A stretch of DNA of 55,535 bases, from assembly GCA_032718475.1 (NCBI GenBank), contig JAUCBJ010007020.1, positions 1 through 55,535 on the forward strand. The letters run 5' to 3'. Made by a program: the position numbers and the translations under genes. Source of the DNA: Nemertoderma westbladi (lineage: Eukaryota; Animalia; Xenacoelomorpha). This document shows positions 13,701-26,259 of this stretch, one piece after another (position 1 is the first letter of the stretch; each line of letters starts with the position of its first letter). The notes under the pieces were generated by a model. It saw only the letters and a program-made list of their open reading frames with translations. It was not told the origin of the DNA and searched no databases.

Positions 13701-15170
13701 AAGGCCTCTGAATTGTTTTAACAATTCGTGTTTTCAGAACAGAAATTCAGAACAGTTTCACAACCTTTTACAGTTTCAAAGCATTTTACATGCTGCGCAA
13801 AGGCTTGGACAATTTCGCAGCTATTTCAGTATTTATCAAGCTGCACAAAGGCCTCTGAACAATTTAAACAGCTCTTTTCAGCCTTTCTCATGTTCCACGA
13901 AGCCCCCGGAACAATTTAAACTTTTAATTTCAGCATTTATCATGCTGCATGAAGGATCCTGAACAGTTTTATGAACTCTTTTCAGTATTTCTCATGCTGC
14001 ACGAGGGCTTTTAACAGTTTCAACAGCTCTTTTCGGCATTTCTCATGCTGCACAAAGGCCTCTGAACAGATTCGACAGCTATTTTCGGCATTCTCAAATT
14101 GCACGAAGTCCTCTCAACAACTTCAAATGTTATTTTCAGCATTTATCATGCTGCCTTGAGTGTTGAGGACTCTGAACAGTTTTATCAGCTCTTTTCAGTA
14201 TTTCTCATGCTGCATGAAGGCCTTTTAGCAGTTTCAACAGCCCTTTTCAGCATTTATCATGCTGCACGAAAGCCTCTGAACAGTTTCAACAGCTACTTTC
14301 GGCATTCTCATATTGAACAGTTGCACGAAGCCATCTGAACTTCAAATGCTATTTTCAGCATTTATCATGCTGCATGACTGCATGAAGGACTCTGAACAGT
14401 TTTATCAGCTCTTCTCAGTGTTTCTCATGCTGCATGGAGGCCTTTTAGCAGTTTCAACAGCCCTTTTAGCATTTATCATGCTGCATGTAGGCCTCTGAAC
14501 AGTTTCAGGAGCTATTTTCGGCATTCTCATATTGCACAAAGCCCTCTGAGTCTGAACAACTTCAAATGTTATTTTCAGCATTTATCATGTTGTCATGCTG
14601 CATGAAGGACTACTCTTTTCAGTACGGTATTTCTCATGCTGCACGAAGGCCTTTTAACAGTTTCAACAGCCCATTTCAGCATTTATCATGCTGCATGAAG
14701 GCCTCTGAACAGTTTCAACAGCAATTTTCAGCATGTTGCACGAAGCCATCTGAACAATTTCAACTGTTATTTTCAGCATTTATCATGCTGTACGAAGGAC
14801 TCTGAACTGAACAGTTTTATCATCTCTTTTTAGTCTGAGCAGCTTTGAGAGATCTTTTATGTATTTTTCAAACTGTGCGAAGACCTCTCAGCCTCTGGCT
14901 GTCTGGGCAGTTTTATCAGTTCTTTTCAGTTTTTCTCATCAGGAAGCATGAAACCCTCTGAACAATTTCAACTGCACTTTTCGGCATTTATCATGCTGCA
15001 CAAAGGACTCTGAACAGTTTTAGCAGCTCTTTTTCAGTATTTAACATGCTGCGCGAAGGCCTGAATAGTTTCAAAAGCTCTTTTCAGTATTTATAATGCA
15101 GCAAGAATGCCTCTAACTAAAGCGTTTTGACAGCTCGTTTCAGTATTTGTGATGCTGAGCGAAGGCCTCT
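13700..15170. repeat. Degenerate tandem repeat, about 42-bp unit (ttttcagcatttatcatgctgcacgaaggcctctgaacagtt...)
   Basis: Recurring catgctgca / ctctgaacag / ttttcag motifs at about 42-bp spacing, inside the Ginger-like element. Confidence 0.85.
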
Positions 15171-15621
15171 AAATAGATTTGGTGGGGTGAAATGAACCTA
15201 AGAACCCAGCATTCATGTCAATATTGACATTAGATGTCAATATTGACATGCAATAAAACATATCATTAAAATTATTACAAACAACAATATACATTGGTTG
15301 GATTCAACAATATTTTAATTAAAATATATATATAGATATTCTCTTTACAAAAAACATTTTTTACGTTTCAAATCACAATAGGCCCTATTTAAATAATTTA
15401 TGAACAAAACATGTCAATATTAACATCATGTAAATTTTGACATGGAACATCGGGGAGTGGAGTGATTTTACGGGCTGATGGTGGAGTGAAAATTATCTGT
15501 TACACCAGACTGCCAGAACTTGAGAACAGTATCCTAATATACATATATATAGTGATATAGTATACCGGCTGACCGGTACCCGGTCAGCGGTAACTTGGAA
15601 ACAATAAACATTACAGCATTA

Positions 15622-17432
15622 GGTGAAAGTGGGGGAATTAGAAACACTTTTTGGATTTAAAAAAATTAAAAGTGCCCTCATTTCTACACAAGCCTTCATA
15701 GAGGAAATATAACTATAGATTTGGAATCATGCATCTCTCTGCTAACAATAGAACATCCTATCTCGTCTGCCTATCACATCTGGTAGTAACAGGCAGACGT
15801 GATTTTTTTAAGTCGAGATAAATGGGAATAAATAAGTCGGGGTAAATGGAAACAGGGTTTGCCTCCCAATAGTTAAATCAACCAGAAATTCACATGGGGT
15901 AATTGGAATATTTCTAATTACCACATGGGAATGTAGATTAAATTGCGCACAATTTGATATATAACATGTCGTCTAGTCTATGTTGCCACATATGTTTAAT
16001 ATTTAAGTGTTTCACAAACCTTCAAAAATTAACAGAGATATGCATGTTTGTGAATAAATGACATCCAGCAACAATATGGATATATGAAAACTAATTACAG
16101 CTCTTTATATAACTAAATTAAACTTAATTTATTTAAATTAAAATGAATTAGCTTGACATAAATTAAAATTAGAATTTCTTGTTGGTTCAGCACAGCCCCA
16201 TTCCCGCTTTTCCTATTACCACCAGATATTGGGCCAATGTTTCCTCGTTCGCTTTTCCGAGAAAACATCTACGCACCTGACCTATATAATTAGGATCACT
16301 ATATTCAGTTTAAGAAGTTTCTTCTTCAGGGAAGAAGTTTCTTCTTCCTAGAGGGTAGGCCTACCCCCAGGAATTCCAAAGGTATATGCATCCTCCCGAA
16401 TAGTGGCATGACCACTGGAAATGGTGCTTAAGGCAGTAAGGCAGCAGATAAAGATTCCATAAAGTATGATGCCCAGGCAACGCAGGCAGACATGAAGTTT
16501 TGCTTAAAATTGAGGGAAAGGAGCAGGTTACAGAGGCTGGCTTTTCTAACCCAAGCAATAAACGGCCCCTTTCCCAAATGAGGGAAAGGAGCAGATTACA
16601 GAGGCAGGCTTTTCTAACCAAAACAATAAACGGCCACGTTACCAATCAGCCAATTGAGGGAAAGCAGCAGGTTACAGACAGAGAGGTGGGCTATTCTAAC
16701 AAAAACAATAAACGATCACTTTACCAATTGAGGGAAACCATATGGTCAGACTTCTAGTAGTCACTACCGCTAGCTGACTAGTCACATGGTCAGACTGTCA
16801 GTAGTCAATCTATAACCAAAAAAATCAGGCAGTCAAGCAATAGGCAGATCGGTACCTGTACACAGTTGTATGACAATTAGAAACTGTTGAAAAGGACGGT
16901 CCCCAAAGTAACAGGACCAGCTAAAAAAATTAATGTTTCTAATTACCCCATGGCAGCATGGCACCAAACAGCCAAAATTTGACCATTTTTTAAATTATGT
17001 TGAACAAACAAATTTTTAATTATGCTATCATTTAATTGGGTTGTCTACTGATCTGATACTGAATAGATGACATAATAAGCTTTAAATTAAGCTATTGCTT
17101 AAGATAATTGGAATACGACATCGCTCGAACAATCTGACAATCCATTTGTGAAGTTGCAAAAAAATAATCGAAAATTTGATTTTTTTTCATCTTTTATACA
17201 ATCAGCCATTTGACAGTTTGACAATGAAGAAGTGAAAATAAACGCCATATCAGCATATTCCATATTATTACATTCCATACCGGTATTATTATGGAAAAAT
17301 AATCACCAATAATTTATCTCTATAAACATCAAAATTTCAAGTCTATACATACAAAAGCATGCATGTAGTAGCCATTGCTTCTAATTACCCCATGTTTCTA
17401 ATCTGCTAATTCCCCCACCTTCAACCTTCCCC
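15622..17432. mobile_element. Non-autonomous TIR element flanked by TA (Tc1/mariner-pogo-like)
   Basis: ta|GGTGAAAGTGGGGGAATTAGAAACA versus TGTTTCTAAT...TCCCCCACCTT...CCCC|ta. The subterminal motif tttctaattaccccatg repeats near 15911, 16936 and 17378. Confidence 0.5.
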
Positions 17433-18301
17433 TACTAGTCCATGGGCCAGCCAACATAGGGGATACTTTTTGGTAACCACCCGGAACTTATATTTTTGGG
17501 AAGACCAAGCTTCTGGCCATTCATTTTGATATGATAACAAATCTGAATCGGTACCGGTAGCTGACTTGGTGTTATCACCGGTTGTCATGGAAATGGAAAA
17601 ACAACAAACATGCTGTAGTATTCTAATAACTCAATATAAATGCATCGCATCTTTTGAAAAAGATAGCTACTGGTCTTACAATTCTAAATGTGACATAAAA
17701 TTCTGGAATATAATTATTGTTACCATGGGAACGCTGCTAAATGAAAACTGACAAGTTTTAGAAAAATAGCTATATACCATTCTAGAACAATACCATTATT
17801 TTAAAAACAAATTGCCACATTTTATTGAATATTAGTTTTGGAAAATTTTGGTATACTGAGAGCAAAACCTGTTTTGTTATAATGGTGATATATGGTTCCA
17901 AAGATATACCCATGTTTGAAATATTTTTATTTTTCATCAATTTAATCTCATTCCACTCTGTTTCAAAATAATGACTTTATAACAAATATTTATGCCAATA
18001 AAAAACAATCAAGATGTGACTACAAATCACTTTAGAATGACAAGTGACATCTAAATGGCATTTCAGACAACACTCCTTCACAGGTTACCATGACTACCAC
18101 TACAGATGCATTTGAAGATGACTCAGATATGACACAAACAAATGACTTGACACCTACCACAAAAGAGAGGTTAGTAGTTCTTTTAGTATATTCACTTCAA
18201 TTTATATATTTATCATAATTGTTCCTAGATGATTTCTGCAAAGACGATTCCTTCGATAATGACATTTTTGAATACTAAATCCTCTTTATTTAATCCTCCT
18301 T

Positions 18302-19160
18302 GGCCGGGGGCATATTCCCAAACCTTACACTATTAGGAAAAAATCATGTAAGGAATGGAGATAGGGGTCGAACTAGTGTAAGAGTTTTATACTCAGTTTG
18401 CAGGTACAGTAGAAAGTGTTCCAAACGCTGTAAGGAATGGAGAAATTGGGTGAAATCATGTAAGGGTTATTACAGCAACACCAACAGTATTAGATTTGTA
18501 GACTTAACATTTGATATTATTCTAGGCAGTAGAACATTGGGGGATGGTTTATACAGGGCTGCATGAGCTGCCCCCACACATAAGGACCACACTGCGCACA
18601 ATATTGTGCTTCGGTAACCCCATAGAGAAAATAAGCATGATGGACAGCCCATGACTTTCTTAAGACGCCTCCTAAAGGATACTGGCCTTGAAGATGCAGC
18701 TAATCTCACGAAAGTTATGGGGGATAGGGAATTGTGGTGGTGCAACTTTGTTGATAAGCCGGCATATAATTCTTAATGCACGCAGCATTTGGCTTGCCAA
18801 TTGTGGATTGCATGGAGGTGACACAATACTTTTGCCAAACTGGCATAGCATCTCAATGTGCAGTTTCAATGCAGCTGGCCGATTATAGTACTGTACAGTA
18901 GTAATTGCTTATGAATAGTCCGTCTGCTATTCGTGTGCATCGAACTGCACTAGCGCGTCATCTAGACATCTAGAGGTTTTAAGAGTTTATTTTATTTGGA
19001 GCGTTTGGAGCACTTTATAAAAACCTGACACAAGTTAGACCCCTCTTTCCATTCCTTACATGATTCAACGTCCAATCAAATAATAACTCATTAACCAATC
19101 TCAGGTGTTAATGCAAGAGGTGTTCCTAGGAGTGTAAGGATTGGGAATACGCGCCCGGCT
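18302..19160. mobile_element. Nested diverged inverted-repeat element inside the Academ-like element
   Basis: ggccgggggcatattcccaaaccttacactattaggaa pairs with ttcctaggagtgtaaggattgggaatacgcgcccggct. A further arm at 18341-18392 matches 19015-19067 inverted. Confidence 0.6.
18530..18760 (+). pseudogene. Decayed C-terminus of an RTE-clade LINE ORF
   Basis: Translates as HKDHTAHNIVLR*PHRENKHDGQPMTFLRRLLKDTGLEDAANLTKVMGDRELW, resembling the RTE C-terminal pattern VLWxP...GRPxxT...DTGL...MxDRxxW. Confidence 0.55.
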
Positions 19161-19509
19161 TAATTTTGTAATTAATCTGTATCTTTGAGTAAGGTTTGTT
19201 TGGAAAACCGAGATTTCGTGACTTTTCCTAAAATTTAATGGGTTATCCAAACGAGCAAACGCGATTTACATGGTCATGTTATTTCCGTGCTGTGCTCCCT
19301 TTCTGGCACCCATCTCCAGTACGTTCGTACTAAGATTTTCAATAGTTTTCATAATTCACTAAAATTAATTTATTTGTGATATATAGCGGTTTTTTTGGAT
19401 GCTGAAAGCGATTATAGAACTGCAATATTCGTGAAATTTTTTGGTAATTTTTAAAGTGTCACCTGGGGTAAGAATAAAACAAGTAGTGCAAATATGTTAG
19501 TCAAAAATC

Positions 19510-21095
19510 ACGTCAAGAGCTTCAGTTCATTCAAATTTCGCCTCCTTCCTGTTGGTACATGCAGACATGACTTGAATTTGCACAACTTGCAATGATGTTG
19601 ATGTTTGTTTTGTAGTCAGATACAGAGTGAGTACAAAACAAAGACTCAACCTGTCAACACCCAATTATAAAGACCTGCATAATCATCTAACATGTGTTAA
19701 CTTTCGTTTATCTGTTTATTGTTTTGGTTCCCCCAACACACCTCAGTAACGAGCTCCTTTACTAACCTGCTCCTTTAAATAGCAATGGGACTTATCGCTC
19801 TTATGGACCTAGCGCGACTTCACCTCTTTGTTTTGTACAGAACAGGCAGAAAAGTCTTGGTTCTTTGTTTTGTACTCAACCGGCAGATACATGTTGGTGG
19901 TTTACAATTGCAATACAGCAGAGATAGAGAGAGGATAGATTATGGAGCTGGTAGAACATACATCCAATCAGGTATTACCATATCCTCCTCATCTAACAGC
20001 CATCCCAGACCTATGGGAGAAGATACATTGATGATGGGTACTAAGCTTATATCAGTATATACGATTGGTAGTTGGCTCTGGATAGGTGTCTCTCTTTAAA
20101 CAATATTTACAAGGTCTGAAGGTGGCAGCAAGGTTGACTCGATTTCTCCATGTTTTGAACAGAAAAGACGACACCGGAGCTTGTTCACGTCATTAACTTC
20201 TGACATTCATGTAAAGCAATAAGCAGATAAGTATTATGCATAAGTCAGGTCCAAGATTAGCTGATATACCGGTAGTGTTTATATTACAATGCGTTATTCT
20301 ACTTAGAGATCCACAGATTTGATAAACCTGGTATTTCAGGACATCGTTTTCATCCCTTGTAATGTATTTGAGTTGGTTGAAGGTGATGAGGCATTGATTT
20401 GTGTCCATTTATTGCCGACACCCTCATTATCATCTCGAATATGAATGTCACATACTTGAACCAGTCTTTGACGTTTGCTATTGGATACACCCCCCCCCCC
20501 CCCCCCCCCCCACCACCCCTTTCAGTGAAACCTGCCTCTGCACTTATGTCTATATTATTCATAACCTTCCAACACATGTTAATATTCATCATTGGCGAAC
20601 ATTGGCAACTATCAGAATCGTATCTAGAGATTTAGAAAGTTTTATATGCCAATTATATCTCAGGTGGTCAGATATTGATGACGGTGAACATGCTTCAGTT
20701 TCGTCTTATAATCTCAAAAAGTGGAGAAATCGAGTCAACCTTTGCTGCCACCTTGTAAATATTGTTTATACACCTATATATCCAAAGCCAACTACCAAGC
20801 GTATATTTGGAAAAAAGTTTAGTATCCATCATCAATGTACCTTCTCCCATTATACTGTAGGTCTGTCTGTTAGATGAGAGGGATATGATATACCTGATTG
20901 GATGCATGTTCTTCCAGCTCCATCATCAATCCTCTCTCTCTCTCTGCTGTATTGAAATTGTACTACGTCATGTAGCCCACTAACGTATCTGCCTACAAAA
21001 TAAACTTCATTGCATTGAGTTGTACAAATTCAAGTAATGCACCAAATGGGCAGAATGGAAGGAGGCGGAATTGGAATGAACTGATGCACTTGACA
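19510..21095. repeat. Second nested diverged inverted repeat (foldback-like)
   Basis: 19517-19606 matches 21002-21094 inverted, and 19912-20203 matches 20667-20960 inverted. A poly-C run lies in the spacer near 20490-20511. Confidence 0.75.
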
Positions 21096-23307
21096 CCTCA
21101 GATGATGAAGGTGATTTCTAATACAGCAGTAATTGTACTGCTATATATATAATATTACCTACTCGACTAAGAATTCTCTATTTGCTCGGATGACATCATC
21201 GCCTACCAATTAAGAATACGTACATAGGCCTACATAATTATGTATATATTATTAAATAAAGAGGATTTAGTATTCAAAAATGGTATTATCGATGGAATCA
21301 TCTTTGCAGAAATCATCTAGCAACAATTATGATAAATATATAAATTGAAGTGAATATACTAAAAGAACTAACCTCTCTTTTGTGGTAGGTGTCAAGTCAT
21401 TTAAGTTTGTGTCATATCGGAGTCATCTTCAATTGCATCTGTAGTGGTAGTCATGGTAACCTGTGAAGGAGTGTTGTCTGAAATGCCATTTAAATGTCAC
21501 TTGTCATTTAAAGTGATTTGTAGTCACATCTTGATTGTTTTTTATTGACATAAATATTTGTTAAAGTCATTATTTTGAAACAGAGACAAGAGAGGAATGA
21601 GATTAAAATGATGAAAAATAAAAATATTTCAAACATGGGTACCTATATCTTTGGAACCATATATCACCGTTATAATAAAACAGGTTTAGCTCTCAGTATA
21701 CCAAAATTTTCCAAAACTAATATTCAATAAAATGTGGTAATTTGTTTTTAAAATAATGGTATTGTTCTAGAATGGTAGCTATTTTTCTAAAACTTGTCAG
21801 TTTTCATTTAGCAGCGTTCCCATGGTAACAATACTGCAATAATTATATTCCAGAATTTTATGTGATATTTAGAATTGTCTGATTGTAAGACCAGTAGCTA
21901 TCTTTTTCAGAAGATGCGATGAATTTATATTGAGTTATTAGAGTACTACAGCATGTTTGTTGTTTTACCATTTCAGCCACAGACTGCATTTCCATGACAA
22001 CCGGTGATAACACCAAGTCAGCTACCGATTCAGATTTGTTATCATATCAAAATGAATGGCCAGAAGCTAGGTCTTCCCAAAAATATAAGTTCCGGGTGGT
22101 TACCAAAAAGTATCCCCTATGCTGGCTGGCCTATGGACTATACTCAGTTCACCAGTTACTCCTACTGCCTACTACTGCAGTACTGTACTAACCAGCTAAC
22201 AGACTAATACTGTCTGACTGTAATTGTAGCCCAATAGGGCTGTAGGGCCTCCTACAGCTACAGTCAACTAACAGTCTGACAGTACACTGGTATAGCAGTA
22301 GGCTAAATAAAAGGCTGAAAGGTCTGTCCCTGTCGGTAATAATACAGTAGGCCTACTGCAGTAATAATAATCAACTATTAATAATAGGCCTACTGCATAC
22401 TGTAATAATATACGTTATCGTTATTATACAGTTATAGGCCTACGCAGCTATACCTCTGTACCTACTGGCAGAATTGTCTGCTACGGTTACAGTACCGGTA
22501 TACTAAATGTATAGGCCTACTAACTGTAGTATTGTAGTACGGCGTACCGGTCAGCCGGTAATAAATAAAAGACAAACAACAGTAATTCAGCATTTGGTTT
22601 GAATATAGGCCTAAAACGATGACAGAATGACGTCATTCATATCCCATAGGCCTACATTACGACTAAACTGGGAAAAACCATTAAATAATGCCACGCAATG
22701 ACAACCAAAAGCAATTAATTTGTGATTAGATTTTGGTGCTCTAATCCAATAAATTTTGTGGAATTTTGGGTCCAAGGGTCCAAAATCTCTTATTGATGCC
22801 TAAAAATTTTCAACACGACAGCTTTAAATCCGACAAAGTAATTTGGATGTAAAATCGTGACGACAACAACAACAACAACAACTATATTTGCCATTATTTA
22901 CCCACCCCATGTTGGGGAGAACGATTGGTCTATCATTCTCAGTAACGAGTCAAGGTCCTTTTTTGTATGCTGGTGTGTTACCTTGGAGATCTTGGCGTCT
23001 TAGGATTGTGGAAATTGGCTAATTTTTATTGAAAGGTTTACAATGTGAGATATAATTGAGGCACGCACGATAATCTCGGAATAATAATAATGGAGGGATG
23101 CCATTTGGGCCTATGTACTTTATCTACGTGCAGGTCTTTTAGGATGGCGACGCTGGCAGCCTGTCGCTTAATTAAGTGAAGCTCTACTCGACCGTAATAC
23201 AAATGATAAAGCATCTTCAAATCGAAAAAAATTATTATACTGTAAATCTAGAGGTTGCAGAGATAAGATACATACAGTATATTCCGATTACCCCAGGAAA
23301 AGTATGG

Positions 23308-24458
23308 TGTAAAGGCTTTTGCGGAATTAGCTGGTTATTTTCCCCGCAAAGTACTCTGTAGTTGTTTTAACGGACATAAAAAGCCGTTTCCTTACTGTAC
23401 CAGTGTTTTAGTGGACATAAAAAGCCATTTCTTCTGTATGTGTACTTTAGCGGACATAACTAGCGATTTTATGTCACAATAAGCCAAATACTCTAAACAT
23501 CGGAACTCAGATGATGACATCTATCAGCTGTGTCCATGTGTAACTTTTTCTTTGTTCTTTGTTCGGTCGACCAATCAGAGCGGTTTTCACTCTGTGTTGG
23601 AGATTGTATACAGAAACTCACGCAATTCAGTCAGTGTGTGTATTTTTCCTGATGCCAGAAGACCGGCTTTGGAATTTCTGTGTTTCAGGCTTTAGCCAAA
23701 CATTAGTAGGCTTGATCATAGAAACGTATAACTGTTATCTAATCCTATCAATGCAAATCATATTGTCAACTACAAACACCGCATTTTTACTGCTATTGAC
23801 TGTCGGTTATTAATTATATCAGTTGATGGAATATTATTATATTTGGATAATATCGATAAATAATCATAAAACCCCCAATCTTCTTGATATACTGAAGGTA
23901 AGAGACAGGTTACATATAGCAATTGCGACTTACATTATATTGGTTTTGGAGTGAATCTAATGCTATTTCATAGGCACTACATGTGTCGGTTGCTGTTCTC
24001 TTTATATGTGACTAAAATTGGTGAAGGTCGGCAGATCGGTGTGCAGCATTGTGCGGTAGTGTGCATGATTGTGACAGATAACAAAGCATCTCCTAAAGAA
24101 TGCGCTTTATACGTGAATCAATAGCCATCCCGTTGTGTCTAGTGTAAGTCATAACTCTGTTCACATATTTAGAGCGCCATGTCCTAAAGGAACTGTTAAT
24201 ATTTCCCGAAAGTGAATAATATTTGTCAGAGATTATATATTAACGATCAGTCGAATAATACAGTAGGCCTACACCGCAATAAGGTCAGAGCTTCCGCATC
24301 CAGTCTCCCGGGTATATCCAGCGGGTGAATGGTCGCGCATAGACTGGCTTCGGCTAATGTAGTGTATCCAATACTCGTCATAGGCTAAAGTCGATTTATA
24401 ATCTAGAAGACACCTAAATTTGGCAGGTTAAACTGCTAAAGGTCTGAAAGCGCGAACA
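23308..24458 (+). repeat. 5' LTR (1151 bp)
   Basis: TGTAAAGGC...GCGCGAACA. Differs from the 3' LTR by about 8 substitutions and 2 indels by eye. CCAAT near 23571. Confidence 0.97.
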
Positions 24459-24478
24459 ATAACAGTTATAGCTTCTGT
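24459..24478 (+). promoter_or_regulatory. Non-tRNA primer-binding site candidate, complementary to LTR 23718-23738
   Basis: No TGG-type PBS follows the LTR. ATAACAGTTATA (24459-70) is the exact reverse complement of TATAACTGTTAT (23727-38), and TTCTGT (24473-78) pairs with ATAGAA (23718-23) with one G.U. Confidence 0.55.
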
Positions 24479-24737
24479 ATTGCAACGTAGGCAATAAAGC
24501 TGAAGTACCGGTCAACCGGTACCCAGTAGGCCTAACTACCTAACCACCCGAACCGGTACTTACTGCAGTACAGATACCAGTATTATTTCGATTGTGATAT
24601 ATTGTATATTGTAGGCTGTTAGGGGATTAGGGATTGATCACCCCTTATTCCTTTGTATGGTTTACTTATTTCTGTCAGTTTTATTTATTTGTAGGTTAAT
24701 ATTGAGCAGAAGACGTGTAAGCCTGCTCAGATTGTAC

Positions 24738-25317
24738 AGATAATTTGTAGGCTGGACTGTTGTCTGCCTGTTGTTATGTCTGAAGAGATTGCAGTGTGTG
24801 TAGAGTGCATGTCCGATAAAGTACTAGTTAGGAACGTAGGGGCTTCCAGTGCTGTGAGGTAAATCCCCCTGAAAGAATAAGTCGTACTACTCGGTTAGAA
24901 CGCATACTAACTAACCATTTCGGAGTCTGCATATACTGTAGTTTGTTTAGGCTTGATAGTAGACTGCCAGCATTTGGTCTGTATTTTGTTTGTGTAGTCT
25001 GTACGGGTAGCGTAATATTTCTTATTTAGATAATTTGTAGGCTGGATTGTTGCCTGGCTGTTGTTGGGTCTGAAGAGATTGCGGTGTGTGTAGAGTGTAT
25101 GTCCGATAAAGTACTAGTTAGGAACGTAGGGGCTTCCAGTGCTGTGAGGTAAATCCCCCTGAAAGAATAAGTCGTACTACTCGGTTAGAACGCATACTAA
25201 CTAACCATTTCGGAGTCTGCATATACTGTAGTTTGTTTGGGCTTGATAGTAGTCTGCCAGCATTTGGTCTGTATTTTGTTTGAGTAGTCTGTACGCGTAG
25301 CGTAATATTTATTATTC
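24738..25317 (+). ncRNA. Two tandem 290-bp repeats, each folding into a long G.U-rich rod hairpin with an apical three-way junction
   Basis: Copy 1 helices found by eye: 24746-54/24995-25003, 24766-84/24946-64, 24787-804/24926-43 (18/18 paired, 6 G.U), 24812-16/24920-24, 24825-31/24907-13. Copy 2 differences in these helices keep or improve pairing. Confidence 0.6.
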
Positions 25318-26259
25318 AGAGTTTATGCGATTATTCGCAACATTCACAACCCCAAGTTTATTCCTACAGTAATTGTGCTTGTTATACATACCGTTATAGT
25401 TAAATTAACCCCGGTACTACATCAGGGCTGTTTGGCGTAGGTAAAGACTGGAGATTATATGCTTTGGTCACTCCGGCAGATACCGTGGTTCTTTTAGCTG
25501 TACAAGTATTTCTAACTGCTGATTATTTGTTGTATAAGTACTTGTACCTAATTTAGGGTTTAATGTATAGTGCTTTCCGAAGGTAATTAGTGTGTAGGCA
25601 GTATATTTGTGTTGTAAAGTGGTTAATAGGCACGTTGGTTCTGGTAGACCGCGGTAATTAACTTCTAGGTAGGAACACTCCGTGATACATAACGTAGTAC
25701 TTATAGCGATACGGCTATAAGTCGTCAGACGGTGGTATTTTTCCTATCTGGACAACGCAGTATATTTACTACTGCTTTGTTATTTTCAAATACCGTAGAA
25801 TCCTGTCTGTTTGTAATAACCAGATATTCTAACCCTTTGTTAGGCTGGTTTGTAGACTTCTTGTAAAATTACCCTAAAAATTCGTACGTGTAATTTTTGT
25901 GTTTATTTAGAGATTGTAATCTCACCCCGAATTGTACGTAATTTGTAGTATTAAGTAACTTAGGTAAATTAGAATTATTTGTTTTAGTGTCCAACAAGTA
26001 GCACTTCACTGAGAGCGTACAGCTTCTGTGCAGTGACTCTTTCCCAGAAATAATAACATTTATTTCAAATATTGAAAAAACCATTATAGGGGTATATATA
26101 TTATAAATCAACTCAAACCAATTTATAAAATAGTAGGCCTGTCATACAACAATTAGGTCTTAATATCAGTTGGACTACTGCTTAAATAACGGTAATAAGG
26201 TAAAGTAAAGTAACCAAGTAACCCCTAAAATTCAAAAATTCAATTATTCTAAAATAATT

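Larger units (their letters stand above)
12923..15504. mobile_element. Non-autonomous TIR DNA element, Ginger-like termini
   Basis: TGTAACAGATATATTTCACTCC ... GGAGTGAAAATTATCTGTTACA inverted termini, flanked by CCGG (12919-22) and CCAG (15505-08). TGT..ACA ends with a 4-bp CCGG-type TSD are Ginger1 hallmarks. No transposase seen. Confidence 0.6.
17436..22140. mobile_element. Non-autonomous Academ-like DNA transposon with 860-890-bp TIRs
   Basis: Highly similar inverted repeats at 17436-18294 and 21251-22140, termini TAGTCC...GGACTA, and a 3-bp TSD TAC (17433-35 / 22141-43). TAG..CTA termini with a 3-4-bp TSD fit Academ. No transposase ORF. Confidence 0.75.

Noticed and set aside
23559-23813. 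Hydrophobic ORF repeated at 38369 and 40657
   Set aside because: It recurs only because it lies in the LTR. It has a non-ATG start and is frameshifted in the solo LTR.
24780-24820. CTGAAGA...CGATAA as a canonical hammerhead core
   Set aside because: No GAAA follows, and these bases are better explained as part of the long rod helix.
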